From: Octopus sinensis
Taxonomy: Eukaryota
Direction of reading: 5' to 3'
DNA: 64,000 nucleotides
NCBI RefSeq assembly: GCF_006345805.1
Contig: NC_042998.1
Location: forward strand, 100,440,001-100,504,000
The notes under the pieces are model-generated. The model saw nothing but the letters and a program-made list of their open reading frames with translations, had not been told where the DNA came from and ran no database searches. Positions within the stretch are counted from its first letter, which is position 1. Each line of letters starts with the position of its first letter. Position numbers and translations under genes: made by a program. This document shows, in pieces, positions 21,112 through 33,699 of the stretch.

Positions 21112-22114
21112 TGCACACTGACATTACACATCCAGCGGGTCATGCTAGCTTAATTTCTTTCAAGCCTACGTATGTCCTCTGCAGTCACAGCCCATGTTTC
21201 ACTACTGCCATGCTTCATGGTAGTGAAACATGGGCTGTGACTGCAGAAGACATGTGTAGGCTTGAAAGAAATGAAGCTAGCATGATCCGCTGGATGTGTA
21301 ATGTCAGTGTGCACACACGACAGAGTGTAAGCGCCCTGAGAGAAATGCTGGACATAAGAAGCATCGGATGTGGCGTGCAAGAGAGACGCTTGCACTGGTA
21401 TGGTCATGTACTACGGATGGGCGAGGAGAAATGTGTGAAGAAGTGCCACTCCCAAACAGTTGAAGGAATCCGGGGTAGAGGTAGACCCAGGAAGACATGG
21501 GATGAGGTGGTCAAGCATGACCTCCGAACGTTGGGCCTCACAGAGGCAATGACGAAAGACCGAGATCTCTGGAGATATGCTGTGACTGCGTAGACCTGAC
21601 AACGTGAGTTCATGGTTGTTTCCTGCACCAGCTTCGCATAGCAGCCCCAGCCCATCCAAAGTACCTTGGATCGCAGGACGGCCTGTTGTGCTTACTTTGG
21701 ATCGTAGCGTGACCTGCTGTGCTTGAGGATACCTATTGAGTCAAATACATCAACATCAAAATAGAAATCAAATGGAAATTGTAGTTGTGATATCTGTGCT
21801 GGTGGCACGTAAAAAGCCCCATCCGAACATGGCCGATGCCAGCACCGCCTTGACTGGCTTCTGTGCCGGTGGCACGTAAAAAGCACCAAACAATCATGGC
21901 CATTGCTAGCCTCCTCTGGCACCTGTGTCGGTGGCACGTAAAAAGCACCCACTACACTCACGGAGTGGTTGGCGTTAGGAAGGGCATCCAGCTGTAGAAA
22001 TACTGCCAGATCAGACTGGAGCTTGGTGCAGCCTCCTGGCTTCCCAGACCCCGGTCGAACCGTCCAATCCATGCTAGCATGGAAAACAGACGTTAAACGA
22101 TGATGATGATGATG
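21112..22114 (+). mobile_element. 5'-truncated RTE with 94-bp inverted duplication at its 5' end
   Basis: MLHGSETWAVTAEDM...GRPRKTWDEVVKHDL homologous to 12600-13000; 21112-21205 is the reverse complement of 21220-21313; (TGA)n tail at about 22099-22114. Confidence 0.92.
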
Positions 22115-22960
22115 AAAGCAAAACAAAAGTTGATTCTAGTGCTCTATTTCACAACTTCTCTTAAAATGTTTAGCCATAGGAATTAGCTGGATGGCTTTGC
22201 ATTAGAAGAGAAAAAGCAAAATGTGGCACCATATGATTCTCCTACACTGTGATACAAATGTTTGCTACCTTGGTTGAAAAGTTAGTCCTTTCACAGGGTT
22301 GATAAATAATTATGATACAATATTTGTCAATTGGAAATCAGTTTCTCACATATTCAGGATGACAGCCTGTTGAACTGACATGTCTAGAATTTAGCATACT
22401 GCTTTTAATGGCATGTTTGCTGTGGATTTGAGCCCATGATTCATGAGCTATTCTACATCTTAGTTCTTATAGCTTATTAAAACAAATCTAAATGTTAATA
22501 GGTTACAATTCAAAATAGACTCTTTGACATGTCTATATAGTGTCATATAGTAGTAATTAGTTATTCACCTTCAGTCAATGTTTTTACTTCTTATTCCTGT
22601 CATGACTTCATGAAAATCACTTAAAGACTCATTTTACTCCTATTTTATGTGATAGATTAGCATTAGGAAGGTCAACCAGTTTACAAACATCTATATTACC
22701 AACAATTCACAAGATGCAATAGTAGGCTTTGCTGATTAACATATCAAAAGATAATTGAAATTTATAATCTTTAGTTGATTTTTCTCACTTGAAGTATTAT
22801 TTTATTTGTATTTTTGTGTACCCTACTTATGAGATAGGACAAATCAATAATTCCACAGATGTCTCCTGATTGATAGCAGTCTGAACCCAGAGGAGTTCAG
22901 ACTGCTATCAATTGATTCAATACATTACACTTTTTAGCTCCATTTTATTTTTATTCACAT

Positions 22961-23299
22961 AGGCACAGGCATGGCTGTGTGGTAAGAAGCTTGCTTTCCA
23001 ACCACATGGTTCCTGGTTCAATCCCACTGCATAGCACCTTAAGTGTCTTCTATGATAACCTCAGGCTGAGCAAAGCCTTGTGAGAGGATTTGATAGAGAG
23101 AAACTGTGTGTGTCCCATCACTGCTTGACAACTGGTGTTGGTGTGTTTACATTCCATAACTTAGGGGTTCAGCAAAATGAGACCGATAGAATAAGTATTA
23201 GGGTTTTTTTTAAAAATTAGTCCTGGAGGTCAATTTGTTCAACTAAAACCCTTCAAGCACAGCCACAGTCAAATGACTGAAACAAGCAAAAGAATAAAA
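22961..23299 (+). mobile_element. tRNA-derived SINE
   Basis: aggcacaggcatggctgtgtggtaagaag...ggttcaatccc...tgactgaaacaagcaaaagaataaaa. Confidence 0.9.
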
Positions 23300-24578
23300 T
23301 GCAAAGGGGACAACTCCAACAATTTTTCAGTAACTTGCCTTGAGTTAAATTTAAAATTAGAAATTCCAATTCATCCAATAAATGAAAAACTTTATATCAT
23401 ATTAATAGCTATTTCCATGCTGGGAAATTTCAGTCCTGTTTTTATCCGTTTCCTCAAACAATGTTTAGGATTATAACAATAGACTGCTTTACACCAAGTG
23501 ATTAAGAGAAATGAAAGTAACAGCAAAGTGGCAAATCTTCAGTGATAATTTAATATACAACTTTCATTTACAGTAACAATAGCCAAAAAAATATTTGTTT
23601 CTCTCTTCTGCTTACAAGTACCTCTATAAAATCACATGCAAACTATTTCTATATAATCACTTAACCTACTCTATTTAGCAGCCACATTTCTAGCAACTAA
23701 CTACTATTGTTAGACAGCTAGTATGTCTCTAAAACCTAAAATCTTTGGACAGTATGCTTGAATAAAGGTTTGGCTAGAACACTGAAGAAATGAACTTGAA
23801 ATGTAAATTAACACTTCAAGCATCTTACAGATCTATGTTTAAAGTAGTGGACTGACAAGTTACTTTAAAACTACTACAGAATCTTATAGATCTGCTTAAG
23901 CAGAGTTAACTAATAGTTACATGTAGGAGGTACTGAATGTGTAGGTTGCTCCTCAGCATTTTATCAGCTACTTGCATATGCCATCATTCTGTTCGAGCTA
24001 ACTGAGGCTATACACAACCACAACCACTGATACCATTTTTGTGACTTAAATGAATACTTCGTGGCAGGTATTATCAAATTTCCATTCACTTCAAATTTAT
24101 ATATAACTGATTTATAAAAGTAAAAACTGGAAAAATATCCTATAAAATCATAGCTACAGAGCAAAAAAAATAAACCAACAAAAAACAAACGAAAAAAAAA
24201 AAACAACTGGTTGTTGTGTCTATCAAAGTATCAACCATATCATACAAAGCTAAGAGAAATTTTCATGAAAACATACTTCAAGTAAATGCTTTTTGTTGTT
24301 ACATTTCCTATGAGTTACTTAGCAAACTCATTTAACACCATAAGGACCAATTAGTGGTAGTAGGGTATATCCGAAATAAAAATTAATGAGTATTATTAAG
24401 ATGCTATATCCTGTACTCACTAGCATCAGCTTCATTACAGCAGCGTTGAGGTTAGTTTAAACCTGAAGCTATTTAATAGTCTGACCACATGACTACTCCT
24501 AATCAAGATATTCTACTCATCAGGTTAGAAAGATACATAAGACAACATCTGGAGATAATGAGAATCTCTACCGATATG

Positions 24579-24629
<51 letters not shown>

Positions 24630-25224
24630 TCATCTTCATATATACTTAATGACTGGACAATTATTAATAGTTGATTGGATTAAATGAACACTTCTTTTGA
24701 AAATTACCCTAAAACTGCTTACCAACAAATACTTTCAGGTAGAATGCTAGTCTTTCATAGTAAATATTCCCAGAGCCAGCCATGGGGTCTAGATGAACTA
24801 AACTATGTATAATTGACTTGTTCTGAGATAATAAATTACTAGTAATGGATTTGAACTCACAAACCATATGCCCAATACCTTATTGCATTAACCACTTTAC
24901 CATTACAATTCTTGAATTACATTTACCTAAAAATATTTTCAGACTGTGAAATCACTATGTACTAAAAAAGTGTAATGACAGAAGATAGCAGTTCAACTCC
25001 ATGAAAGAATTTGATATTCTTTCAGAAGAAACATTAAAATGGAGAACTATAGTCAAAACTAATGATGTGAAAAATCCCAAGATAACTTTCATAATAGAAA
25101 TGAAGTGTAAGAAACCAATACCTATTTTCTACCAATCTGTTCCTAGATAAAAAAAAAAAAATATAGATATATCTATATAACATTTCTTTTCTCTGTTTGT
25201 TGCCTCTTTATTCAAAGTTTATAG

Positions 25225-25685
25225 ATACAGGCATGCCTGAGTGATTAACAAACTGGCTTCATAGTCATGAGGTTTGGGGTTCAATCCCAATGTGTGGCAT
25301 CTTGGGCAAGTGTCTTTCGCCATAGAGCACCTTTTCAAACTCCACCTGTCTAACACCCGTGGAGATGTTTACAAAGTCAGAAAGCAGCACAGCTCCCATG
25401 ACTTTTTGAGACATTTTTTCACACTAAAAGTTGTTGAAGCATGGAGCAAACTGCTGGCACCAGTTGTTAGTTGTCGGAGCACTGCATCCTTCAAAACTTC
25501 CATGTTTCCTGAGATTCGCCAACACTACACCTGATTTTCTCCCTTCCATACACACGCATGCATGTATCTGACTCATACACTGTTCACTTTCCAGACATTA
25601 CTGCATATGCTTTATATGCACTTTTGACAAGTTGTGGTGCACCTGAGAAATGTATACAATAATTTCATTATTATTATTATTATTA
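25225..25685 (+). mobile_element. SINE tRNA head (about 25225-25325) joined to CR1 LINE 3' end with (ATT)n tail
   Basis: ggttcaatccc...ttgggcaagtgtc then EHLFKLHLSNTRGDVYKVRKQHSSHDFLRHFF. Confidence 0.85.
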
Positions 25686-26356
25686 TACTATTATAGATGC
25701 CAGCTGATACAAGCCTAGTCAGTGAAACTGAATAAATCCCATCAGATGGATTGTACTTGTAATCCAAAGGCTCAACTTTGTCAATGTGCCACACTAACTC
25801 TACATGTGAAGTATGTTGATGATATAATTCAGTGAATAGCCAGATCAGTTGATTTAAGAACTGGACATTCATACATTATCCTCAAAGAAGAGTCCACTAT
25901 CATCATCACATTCAAGTTAATATACAGTTAGTTAACTAAAATGGGTAGAAGCAAAGTAGGAGTTTTCTTGAATTTTATCACATAGTCAAATTTGTGGTGA
26001 TCTTGTTAGAAAAAAAAAAAAAACTTGGTGTATTGTGATTTGGTTTTTTTTTTTTTCTCACAAATTACCAAAACGTGAAACAAATACCCAAAATATTATT
26101 TTTCTTTCTTTTAAATTATACTCTAAATTAACTAACCTAAATGTAATTATGGTATTTTAACAAAATCTAAATGTCATTCCCAGATATTAATTTTAAAAAA
26201 AGAACTGTTGTAAAGCATTCAAGTACTTTACAATAATTCTAGAAACAATGTAACTCATATACTAATCCAGTTATAAATAATTGCTTGTAACATAAGGTTA
26301 AAATCCCTATTGAACTTGGAGAAGGCAGAAAGGTACCCGTAGACTTAAATTAAGCA

Positions 26357-26506
26357 TGTAGGTCAGCTCAATAAGTATCCGGACTGTTGCCATAGCAATG
26401 AAGCTAAATCACGCAGAGTAAAGGCCACTTTGCACAAATTAACCTTGAACTCTGTTGTACATGTGCATGTGGCAACAATCTGGATACTTATTGAACAAAC
26501 CTTGTA
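26357..26506. mobile_element. Tc1/mariner-type MITE
   Basis: Imperfect TIRs tcaataagtatccggactgttgcca / tggcaacaatctggatacttattga; TA at the right end. Confidence 0.7.
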
Positions 26507-29151
26507 TATGACTATCCGGGTTACAATAGATATGTGGTGCAAATGCTACAGATAGCTTTGTACCTTTTTTTTATTGTCCAGGGGTTTTTTAACTCCATGT
26601 GTTATAAACTATCATTTATAACTGGATTAATATTTGAAATTTATCATTTATAGAAGACTTATTTACATATTTCTCAAAACTTATAGATTCTAAATATAAA
26701 TATTTTCTTTGCTACTTTTCTTCCATACACAGCCCATGTAATGGAGCTATGTAGAATTTCGGATGAGCCTTTCTTGCACTTGCTTTTCATCTTTCATCAA
26801 AAGCTTTACAATATAAAGTTTTCATGTCACATCTTTTTTTTTTAGTATCACCTACTACCAGCTTACAACATTTAATGTATCTGATTCTCACCAATCATGC
26901 AGAACCTAACTTCAACTTCATTCTTCCAGATAACACATGCACTCTTATTTCCAACCAACTTCTTAGTTCTGAAAGATTTTATCTCTCAGGGTTCACTTGC
27001 AGTTTCTTTCCAGATGTTGTAAGTTGTATATTTAAATTTTTTCTTTCTTTTTTCTTCTTTCCTTCTTTTGAGACATGTATTATGCAGTCATAATATAATC
27101 TAGCCATTGTACCAAATTTCTATCTCTCTACTGATTATGTCAAGCAGATAAAAATGTTCTTATTGAATTTGACAACTTACTAATTTCAGAGGATAGTTAA
27201 TGATTCATGCTCAGTGTATTAGTGTATATATTCTACACAAAATTATACTACATTTCTATAATTACAATATTCATATGAATAATAATTTTAGTAGGAAACA
27301 TTGAGAGAAGTATTAAGAGACTCAAGTGTGTTAAACAAATTAAGTTTATAACAGACTCAGTCTAAAGTACATGCAGTAATATTGATCAGAGTGGATAAGG
27401 CAAGCAAAAGAAATTTCCAGAGTGCTTCAATACTCTTTTTATGATCATATTTCTGTTGAAATACAGTGTCCTTATGTTTCAATTAAAAATTCTGAAGAAT
27501 TCAGAAAAATAACTGAATTTTTATTTTTCTCAATGTGGTGTCTGGAACAGGTCGTAAAATTTTGTTTACATAAAATTATGTTGGAAGCTTTAAACTTAAA
27601 TATAAACACTCATAAAACAGGCAAGTTTTGTATCATAGATTCAATGATAACTACAAGTAGTTTCTTATCAAAAAGGTTTAAACGAAGGAGGTCATTTTGC
27701 AACAAAACTACTTTTTCCTCATCACCCATTTACATGAATTTTTCCATGCTAGTTTGAACTGGATAGACCTTCCAACATCTCACCTTCAGAACAGTCCCTA
27801 GACATTCAGTATCTGGCACACAACAGAGAAAAGCCAGTGCAGTCCATAGTTGTATAGCTCGTGTTATTTTTGGTGCAATTTTTATAACTGATTCCCTTTC
27901 CTATCACCCACTACCTTACAGCATACACAAGGTGCACTTTATCATATCACTGGCACTAGACAGGTTGACAGGGTATCTCTGACAAGATTAAAGAGTTTCC
28001 TCCACTTATGTTATCTCATTTCAATTGTTTAATAGTTAACATATTTAAGGCATGCAGCATTAAAAGGCTAACTAGAAATAAATTTATGGTGAGGAAAAAA
28101 AAAAAGCCAATGATTATTATTTTCATTTTTCTAGGCACAATTTCGGATGTGTTTTGGTTTTAATCTGGACCTTCTCAGCTGATCAATGTCTAAAGTAAGA
28201 AATTAATAAACCATAAATTAAGTACATAAGATTGTACACATATTGGCTTATGAGATGTTTGAAGATTCAGAGATACCATCCACATGTAAAAACAATTTAG
28301 TTGGTTATCCAAATAATGTCCACATTTCTGCCTAAAAATTCATGAATAAGCAAATCCATATCAAAGTGAAACAAGAATTCAAGGAATGGCTACTCCTGTT
28401 ACTAAAGGGTCTAATAGCATATTTAAAAATCATTTCTTATATAATTAAAACCCACTTGTAATTATTATAAATATCTTACAATATTTTGTTTCATCGCCCA
28501 ATATTCTCAGTTCAAATCCTACCAATATCAACAAAATTAGGTGCCAGTAATATACTGATACCAATTCAATTCCAACTCTCTTACAAAAACTGGCCCTGTC
28601 TCAAGTAAACAATGAAGATAATGGTGACAACAAGAATATATAAAAGCTATTTTAAATACATCAAAGTAAAAACAAAAAGTCTTTCTAAATATATATTAGT
28701 GAATTTAGTGAAATAAAAAGGTTTGGATTTATCGTTTGTAATAAAAATGGATCACAGAATTCTCCCATACCAACATAATTTTAAAAAGAAATGATTTACT
28801 TTATATGCAAAATTGTAGGCAACAAGAGATTTTAAAGAACAAGTGTCAAATATAACTATCAAATGTAAAACTAACATAGATTATTTAATTGGTGCGGAAT
28901 AGTTTTGGGGCGAAACGACGATTGACAAGAAAACGAAAATAGTAAAACATAACAAAGGTATGGGAGATAATTCTTGATAATAAAATAACACACACACACA
29001 AGAAACAATCTTAAGAAATACTAAATATATTCTATAAAAATATTATAAACAGAAATCATAACAGATAATTGGTAATAATAAGACTTATACGGAGTTAACT
29101 CAACAGAACAATTTCACGTTATAACAGACCTTGAATACACTTTATCATAAA

Positions 29152-29710
29152 CTAGCAGTATAGCCCAGCGTTGCTCGGGCTCGTTTTCTTTTCGACCCTT
29201 TAGAATTGGAATTTTTCAAAAGTAAAAATTTTGCATTATGTAGCTTGTTATTCACTTTAAGTGAACATTTTTCTGGTTGAAATACATCGAAAATTGACGA
29301 CACAGTAATTAAAAAATCGTAAAAAATAAGGATTTTCATAGAAAAAAAGCACCTTTTTGATGTAAATAATTTTTGGTGTTAACATGGTCCGATTTGAATT
29401 TTTTTCTTCTAAGGAAGGAAGAGCAAGCCTTCTAGCATACTCTCAATTTTGATCAACAAGCACCGCAGGGTCTCGGAGAAGATAATGTTAGTTGAAGGCT
29501 ACTAAACCTGCCATACACAGACAACTTCAGCTTTGAGATAAAAGTTTGCACGAGTCGTCAAAAAGTTATCTCCCCTACAACACACAATTTAGTTTTTCAA
29601 GATATATTCCTTAAAAATTGAAGCTATACAAAACAATTTTTTTTGTAAAGAATTTTTTTATGGAGGAGGGAATCTATCTATCTATCTATGTATCTATGTT
29701 ATAATGGAGA
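29152..29710 (-). mobile_element. Non-autonomous Helitron
   Basis: Minus-strand 3' end cccgagcaacgctggg hairpin + CTAG|T at 29152, nearly identical to the 3' end at 40010-40037; 5' end approximate. Confidence 0.75.
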
Positions 29711-31095
29711 AAGCTGCATATTAATTAGGCATGTAACAATTACTAAAAATCTATAATATAATGGAGTAAGGTGCTCATTAATTAGGTATGTAACAGTTAC
29801 TAAAAGAAAGCAATTATTAAAGGCTTGACCATCTGGAAATTTTTTTTGGAAATTAAAGCTTCAAGAAATTTCCTGTCATTTCGATTTCTGAAGTTTATTG
29901 AATATTTAAAATTCAAGTTTTTCAGAAATTTACATATACATTGCATTTATTGCAGAGTAGATTTAATAAACAATATTAATTCGTTGCAGACGAAATTTTC
30001 CATTTTTACTTGCAACAGTCTCTCACTCCCTCTTGCCTCTATTTTCATTAATGATAATTTAATATATATTCATTTCAGTGTTTTCATTTCAAGTTTTAAT
30101 TCGCTATTTGCAAAACCCAGCTTATTCTCTATACATAATCTGAAAAAAAAAAATTATTTATTGAATTAATACTATTAGACAAAATAGCTGTATAACTTTG
30201 AGGCTTCCATAATATAATATACCGGTATTATTTTTCTTTTTTAATTGAAGAAGTGAGCTTGTTGGTATGGCTGTCTGGAACACTATAAGCCTTGCAATAA
30301 TAACTATGTGATCACTGTTATTTCTAGCACGCTAAACGTGCTAGGGTTACCTTCAAGTTTCTTTAAATTACAGATATGTTACAACTGCGATAAATTACTG
30401 AAAGAAATATTTGCGAATCAAGTGAGATTTTTATAAATTTAAGTTTTCAGGAAAATTTACTTTCTGAACTTCCTTATATTATTGAATATTTCAAGTTCAC
30501 AAATTCAAATATTTGGTACAAGATAATGCCAGTTTGGCAATCTTTCGCGTTATTTCATTCAATGTTTCCAATGTTCTCTCTCCCCCTCACACACACTCTC
30601 TAATATAAACAACTAGCAGAAATCCGCCTGGAGGACAGTCTTTCTGCTAGTATAATTAATAACTCAATATGTCAGTTTTAAATACTACACTTAACTATCG
30701 TACTACCTATTTAGTTTTATGTAAATTGTATATTTTCTACAAAATGCCGGAGTATTGATCTAGCTTCATAGGTTGGTTTTTCTTAAGTTGAATACAAAAA
30801 CAGTACACACACAAACATAAGGATAAAGATCCTTCCCTAATCATATAGACTCATAGGGCCAGTTTCCAAGTTTCTGTGGTGCATATATTCCCCTCTGCAT
30901 GAGACGCTAGTTCATTGCAAGATTACTCATTTTTGCTAGCTTAATGGACTGGAGCAGCATGAAATGAAGAGTTTCGCTCAAGAACACAACACATTGCCCA
31001 GTCAAAAACATAATCTTACAATCATGAGTCCAGCACCCGAAACATTAAGCCACATGTCTTCACATACACACACACAAATATATATATATATGTAT

Positions 31096-31469
31096 AGGTG
31101 CAGGAGTGGCTGTGTGGTAAGTAGCTTGCTTACCAACCACATGGTTCCAGGTACAGTCCCACTGTGTGACACCTTTGGGCAAGTGTCTTCTACTATAGCC
31201 TTAGGCCGACCAAAGCCTTGTGTTGATTTGGTAGATGGAAACTGAAAGAAGCTCATTGTATATATGTGTGTGTGTGTGTGTTTGTCCTCACCACTATCAT
31301 GTGACAACCGATGTTGGTGTGTTTATGTCCCCGTAACTTAGCGGTTTGCAAAAAGAGACTAATAGAATATTTACTAGGCTTACAAAAAATAAGTCATGGG
31401 GTTGATTTGTTCGATTAAAGGCGATGCTCCAGCATGACCGCAGACAAGATGACTGAAACAAATAAAAGA

Positions 31470-31470
<1 letters not shown>
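31096..31470 (+). mobile_element. tRNA-derived SINE
   Basis: Head aggtgcaggagtggctgtgtggtaagtagc, body and tail as at 62402-62790. Confidence 0.92.
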
Positions 31471-31518
<48 letters not shown>

Positions 31519-31521
<3 letters not shown>

Positions 31522-31877
31522 TGCAAGTATGGTTGCATGGTAAGAAACTTGCTTCACAACCACATGGTTCTGGGATCAGTCCCACTGCATGGCACCTTGG
31601 ATGGGTGTCTTCTACTATAGCCTTGGGCTGACTAAACCTTTGTGAGTGGATTTGGTTGATGGAAACTAAAAGAAGCCTGTCTTTGTGTCTGTGTTTGTTC
31701 CCCTCCCACCATCACATGACAACCGATGTTGGTATGTTTACATTCCTGTAACTTAATAGTTTGGCAAAGAGACCAATAGAATAAGTCTTGGGGTAGATCT
31801 GTTCAACTAAAACCCTTTAAGGTGGGGTTCCAGCATGACCACAGTCAAATGGCTGAAACATATATAAAAGAAAAAAG
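31519..31877 (+). mobile_element. tRNA-derived SINE, second of a head-to-tail pair
   Basis: Same head/body/tail, separated from the first by (TA)n. Confidence 0.88.
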
Positions 31878-32329
31878 TATATATATACACACAAATTGTG
31901 TGTATGTATACATGGATCCCATTATCACTTAACTGTAAAAGGGTTACATTAATGAAATATATTCAAAAGTAAAAACTATCTTCACTAATGATAAATAACC
32001 AAATATGTATAAGCAACTTGCTAAAATAATAAAGACATATATAAGAAATAACAAGCTATATATAAATAAACAAATAAAAGCATAGCTTCCAAGAAGATAA
32101 CCACAAAAGATTCTAAAGTATAATTAAAAAGATATGGTAATTTCTGAGGGGATTCTATCTTGGCACCGTAAACTACCAAAACAAACATTAGTTCTCATTT
32201 CAGTACAGTGTTATCTCTTTTCTCATAATTGTTCAGGTGAGGTAGTGGTTTAAACAATTTGTCCAAGGTTTACATTATTATCAGTGATAGGATATCTAGA
32301 ATCAGTCTATTTCTGAAGTTTATTACACC

Positions 32330-32500
32330 TGATTTTTCTCCCCTCCATACACACACAAGTATGTATCTGACTCATACACTGTTCACTTTCCTGACATTTG
32401 TACATTACTGTATATGCTTTATATGCACTTTTGACAAGTTGTAGTGCATCTGAACACTGTATACAATAATTTCATTATTATTATTATTATTATTATTATA
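32330..32500 (+). mobile_element. CR1 3' UTR fragment with (ATT)n tail
   Basis: cacctgatttttctcccctccatac...acaataatttcattattattatt matches 25528-25685. Confidence 0.85.
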
Positions 32501-32707
32501 TCATACAAAAATCTTTATCAGTAATACATCATTGACTTCCTCATATAAATATAACTAAGCCAAATAATGCCATCAAATTAGAGCAAGATAGGTTTTGAAA
32601 AAAACTGATCTAAAAGTAAATTTAAAAGGAACTGAAGTTTACTTAATGATTGAGACAACTGGGAAGAATTAAATTTAGAGACCTGTTGAATCTGTAATCT
32701 ATATACA

Positions 32708-32839
32708 CTTTGCATCCTAATGCATTACTCTTTGCATTCTAATGCATTATGCTTTGCATTCTGATGCATTACACTTTGCATTCTAATGCATTACGCTTTG
32801 CATTCTAATGCATTATGCTTTGCATTCTAATGCATTAAG
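32708..32839. repeat. Minisatellite, 6 x 22 bp (ctttgcattctaatgcattaNN)
   Basis: Units start at 32708, 32730, 32752, 32774, 32796, 32818. Confidence 0.95.
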
Positions 32840-32885
32840 TTTCTTGCATGATTGATCTTTAGTCTGTGAATTTAAAAAAAACCCA

Positions 32886-32916
<31 letters not shown>

Positions 32917-33120
32917 TCATCGTTTAATATCCACTCCCCATGCTAGCACAGGTTGCACAGTTGACCAGAATCCAGCAAGTCAGAGGACTACATTATGTTC
33001 CCATGCCTATTTGGGAATGGTTTCTGCAGTTGAATGCCCTTCATATCACTAACAACTTCACAGGGTGTACTGGGTGCTTTTTTCATGGCAACAGCACTAG
33101 TGAGGTTACCTTATAACTTT
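32917..33120 (-). mobile_element. RTE 3' end (diverged)
   Basis: catcgtttaatatccactccccatgctagc...tgaatgcccttc...gggtgctttt. Confidence 0.7.
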
Positions 33121-33699
33121 CAGGTCAGAAATCAAAGAGTCTCTCATAATTGAAGGAGAACAGGAGGGAGATAGAGAGTGTAATGAGGAAGATTGTGTAA
33201 GGAGGGACCAGGGCTATCCCACATTATAAAGGCAAATGTTTGGCAAAAGGTGTGAGAGGAAAGGAATATGAAAGAGAAAAATAGAAGTGGTTGACAAAGG
33301 TACACACAGTCTTCCCCACTATTCTCCTTTTAGCTATGGAAACCCTTTAAGTCCTTTAGTCTTTAAGTTCCAAGTCAATTTCATTAGTGCAGGTTCCACA
33401 AAAAAAAAAATATATACACTGTAAAGTGGTTGGTATTAGGAAGGTCATCCAGCCATAGAATCCATATCAAAATAGAAACACTGAAACACAATGCCTCTGA
33501 ATCCTCAGATTCTATCAATCAGTCCAGTCTATGGAAAATGAACATAAAATAACACACCTGTTCACGCAATGTCACTTTGATGGAAGGAGTGAGCTAATGT
33601 ATAGCAGATACAGTTGATCGCTGTAAACAAATCAGCTGTGAAATTTGTTCAGCAAGAAATTGCAGAACCATCTTTCTTGGATTACAAGACACTACCACT

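Noticed and set aside
27560-27730. Protein-like minus-strand frame DEEKVVLLQNDLLRLNLFDKKLL
   Set aside because: Short, stop-bounded, no convincing acceptor/donor pair
32708-32839. CRISPR-like array
   Set aside because: Units are contiguous with only 2 variable nt; no spacers, eukaryotic context
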